Shown piece after piece: positions 13,857-22,844 of a stretch of DNA of 61,311 nucleotides. Source of the stretch: an uncultured Candidatus Saccharibacteria bacterium (lineage in GTDB: Bacteria; Patescibacteriota; Saccharimonadia; CAILAD01; BJGX01); assembly GCA_964637185.1 (NCBI GenBank), contig CAZWVB010000001.1, forward strand, positions 1-61,311, given 5' to 3'. The notes under the pieces are model-generated. The model was given only the letters and a program-made list of their open reading frames with translations. It ran no database searches and was not told the DNA's origin. How positions within the stretch are numbered: the stretch's first letter is position 1; each line of letters opens with the position of its first letter. Made by a program: the position numbers and the translations under genes.

Positions 13857-14116
13857 CCGCGCTCGATCGTCGGTTCGCCGTCGATCAGATCGAGCAAGCC
13901 GAAGCCGTCGATCACGACCAACGGCTCGGCCGAGTCCGGTGGCAGCAGCAGTGTGGCGACTGGTCCCAGCCGCAACCGGCAGCCGGCGGTGATGGTGGCG
14001 TGCAGCTCGGGGGTGAGTTCGAGCCACAGTCCGAACGGCAGGCCGGCGGCCAGGCTGTCGGGCTCGGCTAACAGCAACAGCGGTCGGCCGACGATGATGG
14101 GATTGGGAAGGTTCAA
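13853..14116 (-). CDS. Hypothetical protein
   Basis: 87 aa, 4-nt overlap with ardA. Confidence 0.5.
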   Translation of the reverse strand: MNLPNPIIVGRPLLLLAEPDSLAAGLPFGLWLELTPELHATITAGCRLRLGPVATLLLPPDSAEPLVVIDGFGLLDLIDGEPTIERG

Positions 14117-14128
14117 GGTGTGCTCCTC

Positions 14129-15187
14129 TCATGGGGTGGATAGGGGCATCACCTCCTTTGGTTGCCGGCGCTCATCCGCCGACTCCGGGGTGGAGGCGAT
14201 GCGGGAGAGCGCCAGCTCTCGGAAGGTCGGGTTCAGCTCGATACCGAGCCAGTCCCGAGACTGCTTGCGGGCGACGACACCGACGGTGCCAGCGCCCATA
14301 AACGGGTCGAGCACCAAACCGGACGTGAAGCCAGCCGCGCAGGTGCAGTCCGGTGCAGTGGCCTGGCCGCGAAGTTGGTGCCACGGTCGTCCGCAGCGAG
14401 CGCAAGTGCGAGCTGGACAGGTTGCCAGCAGTGGTCGAGTGACCAGTCGCTCGGGGAAGACCGCGGGGTGTGGTCCGCGGAAGCCAGCTGTCGGGATAGT
14501 CCAGACGTCTCCGGGGTTTCGGCCCCAGCGGTGTCCGGCCCGCCCTTCAGCTCGGGCGCGTGCCAAGCCGTCGTTGTGGCCGTTGGCCAGTGGCCCGGCC
14601 CACGTCTGACGGGTGGCCTCTTTGCTCGGGCGTGGTGTTCGCCCTACGTACGCCTTCGCACAGGCGCTTCGCGCTGTCAACCCCCGGCGCTTCGTCGTGT
14701 GCGGGATACGCACCACGTCCAGATCGAAGAAGTACTGCGGTGATCGGGTGAGGTGGTAGAGGTGCTCGTAGCGGCAGCTGAAGCGATCCCGCACCGAGTT
14801 GGGCATGCCGTTGGGCTTGTGCCAGATCACCTTGGAACGCACCAGCCAGCCCTGCTCACTCATTCGCAGCAGCAGCCGCTCGGGTGCGAGCAACATCGCC
14901 TTGGTCGGCGCGCCCCAGCGCGGCGCCCGGCTGAAGCTGTCGGCGATGTTCAACCACAGGCTGCCGGTCGGCTTGAGGACGCGCTGCAACTCAGCAGTGA
15001 CTTCAGCAAGTCGATCGACGAAGGCCTCGACCGAACCCTCCGTCCCGATCTCGTCGACTCCCGCGCCGTAGCGGCGCAAGCCGACATACGGCGGGCTGGT
15101 GATGACGGCGTCCACCGACGCGTCGGGCAGTTCGCGCAGCCGCGTGATTGCGTCACCAAGCAGGATGGTGTTGCGCAGGCCGCTCAT
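14129..15187 (-). CDS. Orphan site-specific DNA methyltransferase (N4/N6, beta-type motif order)
   Basis: ITSPPY precedes VLDPFMGAGT; HPAVFP; no cognate endonuclease nearby. Confidence 0.9.
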   Translation of the reverse strand: MSGLRNTILLGDAITRLRELPDASVDAVITSPPYVGLRRYGAGVDEIGTEGSVEAFVDRLAEVTAELQRVLKPTGSLWLNIADSFSRAPRWGAPTKAMLLAPERLLLRMSEQGWLVRSKVIWHKPNGMPNSVRDRFSCRYEHLYHLTRSPQYFFDLDVVRIPHTTKRRGLTARSACAKAYVGRTPRPSKEATRQTWAGPLANGHNDGLARARAEGRAGHRWGRNPGDVWTIPTAGFRGPHPAVFPERLVTRPLLATCPARTCARCGRPWHQLRGQATAPDCTCAAGFTSGLVLDPFMGAGTVGVVARKQSRDWLGIELNPTFRELALSRIASTPESADERRQPKEVMPLSTP

Positions 15188-15996
15188 TGCTCGCCTCCGA
15201 TCGAGACCACCCCACCTGTCGTGATGGCGTCAACCGCGTCATCGAGCAGCCGGATCTGGAACAGCTGCCAGGAGTCGGCCGGGAGTCGGCCCAGGGCGGT
15301 CGTCAGCAGATCGAGCCGGGCCGCGTCCGGCACGAGCCACAGCACCAACGGAAAGACGCCGGAGCGATGCTGCTCTCGACCGGAGCGGTAGTAGCTCAGG
15401 TAGACCATGGCCTTGGTGACGATCCGTGCCGACGTCTCGGTGCCGAGGTCCACTTCGACGAAGACGTGATCCTCGTAGCTGTGCGCTTCGGTGATGACGA
15501 AGGCGTCGGGCTTGACCGTTAGCCGTGCCCCACCCGGACCGTGGAAGCCGCGCCAGCACGCCGGCTCACCATCGAAGGTGACAAGCTCGAAACCGCCGTG
15601 GCGCTCATGGCCCCGCAGGCGGACATACACCTCGGCGGTGGCGAGGGTGTGGTCGATGAACTGGTTGCCGGGGTTCGGTGTCGGCCACCAGCGGGTGCGG
15701 TCAGGGTCGACGAGGCGCTGGCCGGCGACGTCGAGGGCGTAGACCGACCAGCTTGGGCCGACCATGCCGGCGGTGTGGTGACGGAAGCGTACGAGCACTC
15801 GTTTGCTCACCAGGCGACCGAGCTGACGACGACAGACCGCAGCATCGGATGCAGTGGTGCCGCAGTGGAGGCGCTGAAGTTGCTGACCGCTGAGGAGCCG
15901 CAGCCGGTTGATGTCATCGATGATCTGCCAGTCCCGTTCGGACAAGCTGCTGCGGATGGCATCGAGCCGGGCGGCCGTGACGTATGGGCGCTTCAT
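15184..15996 (-). CDS. Replication-relaxation (Replic_Relax) family relaxase
   Basis: LSERDWQII, DHTLATAEVYV, KPDAFV, FVEVDLGTE, FPLVLWLVPD. Confidence 0.88.
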   Translation of the reverse strand: MKRPYVTAARLDAIRSSLSERDWQIIDDINRLRLLSGQQLQRLHCGTTASDAAVCRRQLGRLVSKRVLVRFRHHTAGMVGPSWSVYALDVAGQRLVDPDRTRWWPTPNPGNQFIDHTLATAEVYVRLRGHERHGGFELVTFDGEPACWRGFHGPGGARLTVKPDAFVITEAHSYEDHVFVEVDLGTETSARIVTKAMVYLSYYRSGREQHRSGVFPLVLWLVPDAARLDLLTTALGRLPADSWQLFQIRLLDDAVDAITTGGVVSIGGEQ

Positions 15997-16123
15997 GAAC
16001 AGACCCCACAGTTGCCAGATGAATTGCCCATAGGAGTCGGTCGCGAAATCTGAGCATTCGCAGCCGCTGGCCAGGTCCGATGCGTACAGCTGCCGTTCGA
16101 TTGCGAGCAGGCGGCGATGCGCC

Positions 16124-18400
16124 TCATGACGCCCTCCTCGTCCGGTTGGACGGCTTGCGACGCAGCGGTTCAGCACCCTGGCTACCGGCCTGGCGGTCGC
16201 GGATCTCCGCTTCGATCTGCTCCCGGGCCACGCCATAACGCGCACGAGAAGCCCCACGAATGGCCGCAGGCTCAGCAGTGGCTGCCGGCATCGGCCGGGT
16301 TGCGCCGGTCGCTGGCGGTTGAGTGCTGCCACTGGCGTAGGCCTGCACGACGGCTTCCCAGGCGCCGAGGCCCTGCAAATCGTCAGCGGTCAGCAGGCCG
16401 CCGAGGTCGCGGGCGACGATACGGGCATCACCGGCTGGCAGTTGGAAGCACACCCGGGAGCGGGCGTTGCTCATGACCGCATCACGGGCAGCTTCGGGGA
16501 GCTGGCCGAGGTTCTGATGCGCCAAGACCAGGCCCAGGCCAAGGCCGCGGGCTTCAGCCAGCACCGACGCCATCGGGGTCGGCAGGTGCAGCAGGTTCTG
16601 CCACTCGTCCATGTAAGCCATCACCGGGCGGCGCTGTCCTTGACTCAAGCCCGCGCGGGCTTTGGTGGCGTGCCACAGCTCGGCCACGACCAGCGCGCCA
16701 AGCAGCGATGATGCCTCGTCACCGAGCAGGCCGGAAGCGAGTGAGACCAACAGCACCTTGCCGGAGCCCAGCACGTCACTCATGGAGAGCTGCGGGGTGG
16801 CTTGGCCGACGATGGTGCGTACGGTGCGGCGCATGGTGAAGGCGCGCACCTTGTTCAGCACCGGCCCGACGACGCTCAACCGCTCGCCGTCGGACAGCGC
16901 CTCGTACCAGCCCCAGAACGATTCGAGCCCGATCGGGTCGTCGAGTCGGCCAATGATGCGGCGGCGGTAGTTCGGGTCGGTCAACAGCAACGGCACCTCG
17001 CACAGAGTTGCCCCGTCGGTTTCGGCCAGCGTCAGCAGGGCGGCGCGGAAGATGTCATCGGTGCGTGGTCCCCAGCTTGCTCGGTACAGGCTCTTGAACA
17101 AGCCGACCAAGTTCTCGACGACGACCTCAGCGCTCGTGCCGGTGGCTGCCCGCAACGGGTTCAGCCCAACCGGCATGGCGGTGTCAGCCGGGTCGAGAAC
17201 GACGACGTCGCGGTGACGACGTTCTGGGATGCGCTCGAGGACGTCGGCGACGAGATCGCCCTTGGGGTCGAGCAGAACGACGCCGTGACCGTCGCGCAGG
17301 TCTTGTGCGCAGAGGTTCACGAGCAGCGTGCTCTTGCCGGTGCCGGTCGGGCCGAGCACATGCAGATGTCGAAGGCGGGCTTGTACGTCCAGCGCCAGTG
17401 GACGGTGATGCCCCGGAAAGGTCGAGTCCGCCACCACCGTGCCGCTGGTGGGAATGGCTGGTGATGGTGCGAGCTGACGGCAGCCGCCGAGCAGCAGACC
17501 CGGCAGTTGGGTGACGCCGACGGGCCAGCCGACCAGGCCGGCCAGCTCGACGACGTTGTAGGTGCCGGGCCACTCCACCCACGGCAGCGCTCGACGCGCG
17601 ATCCGTCGACAGCTCAGGCGATTCGGGACCACACAGCGTTGTAGGTGCACACCTGCGGCCCGGCTGCCATGCCAGGCCACCTCGGCGTGTCGCAGGAGCT
17701 GACGAGCTCGGCCGGTGCTTCCAGCGTTCGTGCCGATGCGGGCAGCTCCGAGCAGCAGTGGATGGGCGTGCTTCTGGCGGATGGCCGTGGCCTGCTCACT
17801 AGTGGCCACGGTGTTGGCCGGTGTGAACAGGCTCGACCACCACGAGCGTCTGGACGAGGACGATGCCACCCGTACCGGTGTGACCGGACGGTGCGGCGTC
17901 AGCAGCCACTGCACGACGATCCGTTCATCGGTGTCGAGCGGTTGGAGCGAGCCGAGCAACTTGGCGGCGAGATCGGCGGCGTCGATGTTGAGCTGACGGC
18001 CGTGGCCATGCAAGCGGTACTCGGCTGCGCAGCGCAGCGGCGACGGAGGCTCGATCTCGATGCGCTCGTAGCGCGCGCCAGGCAGGGCCGCCTGCAGCTG
18101 CGCCTCGATGGCGCGTAGCCAGTGCTCCGACACCAACAAGCGGTGCCCGATACCGGCTGCGCTGCCTTCGGTCTCGAGCAGGATGACCGCCGAGCCAAGC
18201 CACCGCTTCCACCACGGCGGCAGCAGTCCGGTGACTCCGGCGAGGAACCGTTGGACCGAGCGCTCATCCAGCTCACGTGGGAAGCGCAACTGCAGGCAGA
18301 CCAGCGACTCGCGCACACGGGCGCGCTGCTGCGCTTGCAGCCAGACGACAAGAGTGAGGAATACGAGGACGTAGAGCGTGATGGCGACGGCCTGGTTCAT
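16124..18400 (-). CDS. VirD4/TraD-like type IV coupling protein
   Basis: N-terminal TM, HLHVLGPTGTGKS, LLDPKGD, AYMDEWQ, ARGLGLGLVLAHQ. Confidence 0.9.
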   Translation of the reverse strand: MNQAVAITLYVLVFLTLVVWLQAQQRARVRESLVCLQLRFPRELDERSVQRFLAGVTGLLPPWWKRWLGSAVILLETEGSAAGIGHRLLVSEHWLRAIEAQLQAALPGARYERIEIEPPSPLRCAAEYRLHGHGRQLNIDAADLAAKLLGSLQPLDTDERIVVQWLLTPHRPVTPVRVASSSSRRSWWSSLFTPANTVATSEQATAIRQKHAHPLLLGAARIGTNAGSTGRARQLLRHAEVAWHGSRAAGVHLQRCVVPNRLSCRRIARRALPWVEWPGTYNVVELAGLVGWPVGVTQLPGLLLGGCRQLAPSPAIPTSGTVVADSTFPGHHRPLALDVQARLRHLHVLGPTGTGKSTLLVNLCAQDLRDGHGVVLLDPKGDLVADVLERIPERRHRDVVVLDPADTAMPVGLNPLRAATGTSAEVVVENLVGLFKSLYRASWGPRTDDIFRAALLTLAETDGATLCEVPLLLTDPNYRRRIIGRLDDPIGLESFWGWYEALSDGERLSVVGPVLNKVRAFTMRRTVRTIVGQATPQLSMSDVLGSGKVLLVSLASGLLGDEASSLLGALVVAELWHATKARAGLSQGQRRPVMAYMDEWQNLLHLPTPMASVLAEARGLGLGLVLAHQNLGQLPEAARDAVMSNARSRVCFQLPAGDARIVARDLGGLLTADDLQGLGAWEAVVQAYASGSTQPPATGATRPMPAATAEPAAIRGASRARYGVAREQIEAEIRDRQAGSQGAEPLRRKPSNRTRRAS

Positions 18401-18576
18401 GCGGGGTCCTCCGAGCCGCCGTGATCCAACGCATCGAGTCGTCGTTGCCCGCGTTTGGCCAGCCGGGCTCGGGTCTTCGGGTCGAGATCGGCGACGACCG
18501 CCAGCAATGCCGCAGCCAGCCGGTCGAGATCGACCGGCTCACGATGACGAGCCGTGACGCGGATGCGTTGGTTCAA
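18397..18576 (-). CDS. Small hypothetical protein (TTG start)
   Basis: AAGGAGG SD before TTG; ATGA overlap with the coupling protein gene. Confidence 0.6.
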   Translation of the reverse strand: MNQRIRVTARHREPVDLDRLAAALLAVVADLDPKTRARLAKRGQRRLDALDHGGSEDPA

Positions 18577-18712
18577 GCGATACCTCCTTGGTTGATGAGT
18601 TCGTGTGAGCGGGCGCGCAGACGCCAGACCCACGTAGAGGGTCGATGGCTTCCGCCGCCCGTACCTACGCCTTCGCACGCCTGCCGCGAACCGTCAAGGC
18701 TCTGGGCGGCGT

Positions 18713-18877
18713 CTAGTTCGAGCCCGAACGCGGCCCACCAAGCAACCGGCTGAGTAACAACACGGCGACCGTGATGACCACCACGGCCGGCAACACCGGC
18801 TCGATGATGGCTGCGGCCACGCGGACTCCGACGCAGACGAGCAGGACAACGCCAGCGGCACGAGCGACGCCGTTCAC
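18713..18877 (-). CDS. Small 2-TM membrane protein (not in ORF track)
   Basis: MNGVARAAGVVLLVCVGVRVAAAIIEPVLPAVVVITVAVLLLSRLLGGPRSGSN; GTGA-coupled. Confidence 0.55.
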   Translation of the reverse strand: MNGVARAAGVVLLVCVGVRVAAAIIEPVLPAVVVITVAVLLLSRLLGGPRSGSN

Positions 18878-19062
18878 TTCGCACGGGTTGGGCCGCCGTC
18901 GGCGTTACCCAGGCGCGTCGCCCACGTGGCCTCGGCGTCCCAGAGGCGGCGTTTGGCGTTGACCCAACCATGTAGAAGGCGGATGGCTTCGATGAAGATG
19001 ACCGGGATGAGCACAGCCAGACCGGCCAGTAGGAGCCAGCCGATGAGTTGGAGCGGGTTCAT
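18874..19062 (-). CDS. Small membrane protein
   Basis: MNPLQLIGWLLLAGLAVLIPVIFIEA; ATGA-coupled. Confidence 0.55.
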   Translation of the reverse strand: MNPLQLIGWLLLAGLAVLIPVIFIEAIRLLHGWVNAKRRLWDAEATWATRLGNADGGPTRAK

Positions 19063-19307
19063 CCGTCGCCCGGGTGTCGCATACGGGAGACCCGCTCGGC
19101 TTCGCGCCATATGGCCTGCCGAGCCTCGAAGACCGTGCGAGCGATCGTTGTGGCAGCCCGCAGGGCATTTGTCCGGGCAAGGATCATCTCTGCGCGGCGT
19201 GCTCGATGGTTGCGCGTCTTCACGCCGACCAGGGTCATTGCCAGTATCAGTACCGCGCCAGTCAGCCCGGCCAACAGGAAGGGAAGCTGGAGCCAGTCGG
19301 CGTTCAC
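19059..19307 (-). CDS. Small membrane protein
   Basis: N-terminal TM and basic helix; coupled at both ends. Confidence 0.6.
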   Translation of the reverse strand: MNADWLQLPFLLAGLTGAVLILAMTLVGVKTRNHRARRAEMILARTNALRAATTIARTVFEARQAIWREAERVSRMRHPGDG

Positions 19308-19585
19308 AGCTCCATCCCGAGGCGCAGCACCACCGTCTGAATCGCGGCAGTGGCGGCGTCACCGATCGCGGCCAGACGCAGCTCGGCTTCAGGACTGAGC
19401 TTGGCGCACTCCGCCTGGGTCATCGTCAGCTGCGTGACGCCCTGCAACGCAACGGTGCCGACGAAGTTGATCGCCTGCACCTTGTGCGCGTTGACGAGAG
19501 CCTGCTGCTCGACTCGGGCCAGTTGCCTGTTCAGCTTGGTTGGCAGGCGTGTACCTTGCCCGAAGGGCGTGATCTCGGTGCTCAC
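19304..19585 (-). CDS. Small helical hypothetical protein
   Basis: GTG start, MSTEITPFGQGTRLPTKLNRQL; coupled at both ends. Confidence 0.6.
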   Translation of the reverse strand: MSTEITPFGQGTRLPTKLNRQLARVEQQALVNAHKVQAINFVGTVALQGVTQLTMTQAECAKLSPEAELRLAAIGDAATAAIQTVVLRLGMEL

Positions 19586-19722
19586 CGGTAGCGCACCTTG
19601 CCGCCGCACGGGCAGGCCTTGACCCGGCGGCAGCCGGCGATCTTGAGGCCGCAGTCCGGATCGGTGCAACGACCTCGGGCCTGCCAAGCCAGTCGCTCTC
19701 GCTTGGTCGGGATGCTGTTCAT
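19582..19722 (-). CDS. Small Cys-rich (possible zinc-binding) protein
   Basis: AAGGAGG SD; CTDPDC..C...CPC; first gene of the transfer operon. Confidence 0.5.
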   Translation of the reverse strand: MNSIPTKRERLAWQARGRCTDPDCGLKIAGCRRVKACPCGGKVRYR

Positions 19723-19839
19723 GAGAACCTCCTTGGTTGGGATGGAGCGCTCACCGGGGTCGGCGGGCGTGGAGGCAAGGAGATCAAGACGGGGCGGCCG
19801 TTGTAAGGCATCTACGATCATTCGCTTACGACCGGTGTT

Positions 19840-20874
19840 ATGACCCGCCCTGAGGAAGTGTGGATGGCAGCTGACCAGCTCGAAGATGCTCTGCAGAAGC
19901 TCGTCGCCAGTGGCCTCAGCAGCATGAGCTTCGGTCGCAGCGAGTTGGTCCAGGTGCTCATTGCCCGCCAACCGGAGCGACCAACTCAGGACTGGTTTCC
20001 GCTCGTCTACCGAGTCGTCGCCGGTGCTGGCATCGACGCTGAGCCATCCGCCATGCCGAGCGATCCGCGATTCACCGCGGCTCGCGTCCTTTACGGCGTG
20101 GCTCCCGGCATGGCCGGCGCAACTGCCAAGACCCGCCGGGATGAAGCCAGCCGGTATCTGCGAGACCGTCGCCCCAAGGACCCGTACAAGCCCGCAGACG
20201 CTCCGCTCGAAGGCAAGCAGCAAACCCGCAAATTGCACGAGCTGATCGGAACCATTGCGGCCGACCTCGCCCGCGTGCTCGACGAGCCTCTGCCGACCCT
20301 CGCGCCTACAAGCTCGGTCGTCTACGAAGTGATCGCAGTGGACTACACGCTGCGCTGCGGCCCGGATGGTCGGGCGGGCGAGAAGATCGAGGATTGGAGC
20401 TTCGTAGCTCGACGCCCGATGACCCACTTCCCGAAGACCTGGGCCCTCGGCCCGCAGCAACCAGACCAGATGGAGATGTACTGCATCGGTGGCCAGTTGG
20501 CCAAGACCTACGACCAGAAGACCGGCGTGCTGGTCACCGAGATCATCTTCGGCAAGGCCTTGCAACCCGGCGAGGCGCGCACCGTCCGACTGGTGACCCG
20601 CTTCCCGTCAGGCGATGTCGATCGTCATCTGACCGCCCGCTCCACCCGGCCAGCTGGTCTGCTGCGCATCCGATTGCAGCTACCAGCGAACCGACCGGCT
20701 CGCTACGCCCCAATCGCCCAGGCGGCCGACTACGAAGATCACCAGTTTGGCAGCCTCCCGCACACGTTCGAGATCGATCCGCGTGGCTACGCCGAAGTCG
20801 AGTTCACTGACATGTTGGCGGACTTCAACTACGGCATTGCCTGGCGAGTGGATCGCCAGCAGGAAGTCTCCTGA
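19840..20874 (+). CDS. Putative regulator; helical N-terminus plus beta-rich C-terminus resembling actinobacterial XRE C-terminal domains
   Basis: Divergent from the transfer operon; VLVTEIIFGKALQPGE segment. Confidence 0.45.
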   Translation: MTRPEEVWMAADQLEDALQKLVASGLSSMSFGRSELVQVLIARQPERPTQDWFPLVYRVVAGAGIDAEPSAMPSDPRFTAARVLYGVAPGMAGATAKTRRDEASRYLRDRRPKDPYKPADAPLEGKQQTRKLHELIGTIAADLARVLDEPLPTLAPTSSVVYEVIAVDYTLRCGPDGRAGEKIEDWSFVARRPMTHFPKTWALGPQQPDQMEMYCIGGQLAKTYDQKTGVLVTEIIFGKALQPGEARTVRLVTRFPSGDVDRHLTARSTRPAGLLRIRLQLPANRPARYAPIAQAADYEDHQFGSLPHTFEIDPRGYAEVEFTDMLADFNYGIAWRVDRQQEVS

Positions 20875-20893
20875 CGGTCCACGGATGATGCGA

Positions 20894-22834
20894 TCAGGTA
20901 CAGGTCGGCAGGTTCGGTGCCGGACCGGGCTTGGGGGTGTTGAGGAACAGATCGGAGACGTAGTAGCCGCTGTCGAGCTTGGCCCAGACGTTGCTATTGC
21001 CGTTGTCGGGGTCGTTGATCTGCTCGCCGGTGATCTGGCAGACGACGGTGACGGTGTCGCCGTCGATGTGGTAGCCGTGATCGGGCGAGTTGTGGTTCGG
21101 CTCGCCGCGTCGGTACACCTTGCAGGTACCACCGCAGCCGGGTGAGATGACGCGGTACTGCGCCGGGGCCTGCGAAACGCCAGGAGCGGCGATCGTGACG
21201 ACGGTTGTGCCTGACGACCCGGACGAGCCACTTGGTGGAAACACCAACTGCGGATCGGATGAGAACGACGGGTTGGTGATGCCAACCGGTGCCTTATCAG
21301 CGATGAAGCTGGTGGCCCGGCTGTTGCCGCCGCAGCTGACGTAGATCTTCTTGTCGATCCAGCGGCCGTAGCTGTAGATGTCGGACGCGTAGTCGGCGAT
21401 GACCTGCGCTCCGGTTTGGTCATCGAAGACGATGGTCTTTCCTCGGGCGGAGCCGACGGCATAGCCGTTGTTGGCCTGCTTGAGGCTGAGGTTGACCTCG
21501 CTCATCCTGCCTCGGTCGATACCCCAGAGCTGGTTGCCGGCCCGACCGTCGTAGGCCAGCAGGCCGGCCGAGTTGGAGGAACCGTCTTGGAAGATGACGA
21601 CGCCGTTGGTGTAGTCGATGACCAGATCACCGCTGATGCGCGGGTACCGCCAGGCGACCGAGCCGTCGCGGCGGACTCCGATGAGCTGGTTTCCGGCTAC
21701 ACCGACGAAGTTGTCGTGATCGAGTTGGTACATCGACCAGCTGCTGAAGTCCGAGGCGTCGACCGCCACGCCGGTCGATGCGCCGCTTGCAGCGTCGAGC
21801 ATGATGATGTTGCCGTCACGGCCCTCCACGAACACAACGTCGGCACCGGCACTGGCGGCGTCCGGCTTCTGGTACGAAGTGAGCGTGTAGCGCCAGGCCT
21901 CTTGGCCGTCGGACAGGTTGACTCCGATGACGTCGGTCTTGTTGTCGCTGCCAACGCGCTGTTCCAGTAGGCCGACCACGACCGGCCCGGTCACGCCGAA
22001 GGGTACGAAGCGTGGTTGGGTGTCCGATGAGCCGGGCGGCAGTTTGGCGGCTCCGAAGGTCGAGTCCGCCTGCCAGCGCTGCGATCCGCTGGTCGCGTCG
22101 TAGGCCGTCAGGTAGTAGGCGACCGTGTCGAGGTTGATGCCGGTGCCGGCCTCGCGGTTGACTGAGCTGATCACGATGACCGGCTTGCCGTCGGCATCGA
22201 CACCGGCGACGGACTTGGCGTCCTCGCCGTAGCGGTTGCTGCTGCTACCGAAGGCCGACTGGGACAGCGAAGCCGAACTGCCGCCGGTCTCACCGTTGTA
22301 GGACGTGGCCTGGTTGTTGCCGATCACGACGAGGTACTTGCCTGCCGTGTAGCAGGTGCCCGAAACGCTCTGGTCGAGCACGAGCGCACCGTTGCCGGTC
22401 GGCTTGGCTGGGGCGGTCGTATCCGATGAACCGCGAGCCGTTGTTGTTGTCGATGACGAGAAGCCTCCACCGCTGCTTCGGTACGCCGTGGTGGTTGTCG
22501 AGCTGTAGTAGCTATTCGAGCCGGACGACAGGCTGGTGGACGACTTCGGACCAAGCGCCGCGGCCGCGGCGATCCCCACGACGACCAGCAACACGCCGAT
22601 GCCGATGAAGCTGGCTCCCTTTTGGTTCTGCGAGAGCTGCTTGAAGCGATCAACGGCCGAGGGGCCGGCCGACTTCGTTTCCGGTGGTGGCGGTAGCGGC
22701 GATTCGCCACCCGGAGGAGGTGGCAATGGCAGCTGGGACTCGGGTGGCGGTGGTGACTGCGGTGGTTGCCCTCCACCGCTCAAACCGCCAGCAGCGCTGC
22801 CAGATTCGGGCTGGTTGTCGCTCGTCTCGTCCAT
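20894..22834 (-). CDS. Membrane-anchored PQQ-like beta-propeller protein with C-terminal SH3-like domain
   Basis: Pro-rich N-terminus, one TM, S/T linker, repeats AYDATSGSQRWQ / GVNLSDGQEAWRY / AYDGRAGNQLWG; VVCQITGEQI...WAKLDSGYYVSDLFL. Confidence 0.75.
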   Translation of the reverse strand: MDETSDNQPESGSAAGGLSGGGQPPQSPPPPESQLPLPPPPGGESPLPPPPETKSAGPSAVDRFKQLSQNQKGASFIGIGVLLVVVGIAAAAALGPKSSTSLSSGSNSYYSSTTTTAYRSSGGGFSSSTTTTARGSSDTTAPAKPTGNGALVLDQSVSGTCYTAGKYLVVIGNNQATSYNGETGGSSASLSQSAFGSSSNRYGEDAKSVAGVDADGKPVIVISSVNREAGTGINLDTVAYYLTAYDATSGSQRWQADSTFGAAKLPPGSSDTQPRFVPFGVTGPVVVGLLEQRVGSDNKTDVIGVNLSDGQEAWRYTLTSYQKPDAASAGADVVFVEGRDGNIIMLDAASGASTGVAVDASDFSSWSMYQLDHDNFVGVAGNQLIGVRRDGSVAWRYPRISGDLVIDYTNGVVIFQDGSSNSAGLLAYDGRAGNQLWGIDRGRMSEVNLSLKQANNGYAVGSARGKTIVFDDQTGAQVIADYASDIYSYGRWIDKKIYVSCGGNSRATSFIADKAPVGITNPSFSSDPQLVFPPSGSSGSSGTTVVTIAAPGVSQAPAQYRVISPGCGGTCKVYRRGEPNHNSPDHGYHIDGDTVTVVCQITGEQINDPDNGNSNVWAKLDSGYYVSDLFLNTPKPGPAPNLPTCT

Positions 22835-22844
22835 GGATCGCCTC

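Noticed and set aside
14129-15187. Complete restriction-modification system
   Set aside because: No adjacent endonuclease; more consistent with an orphan protective methyltransferase
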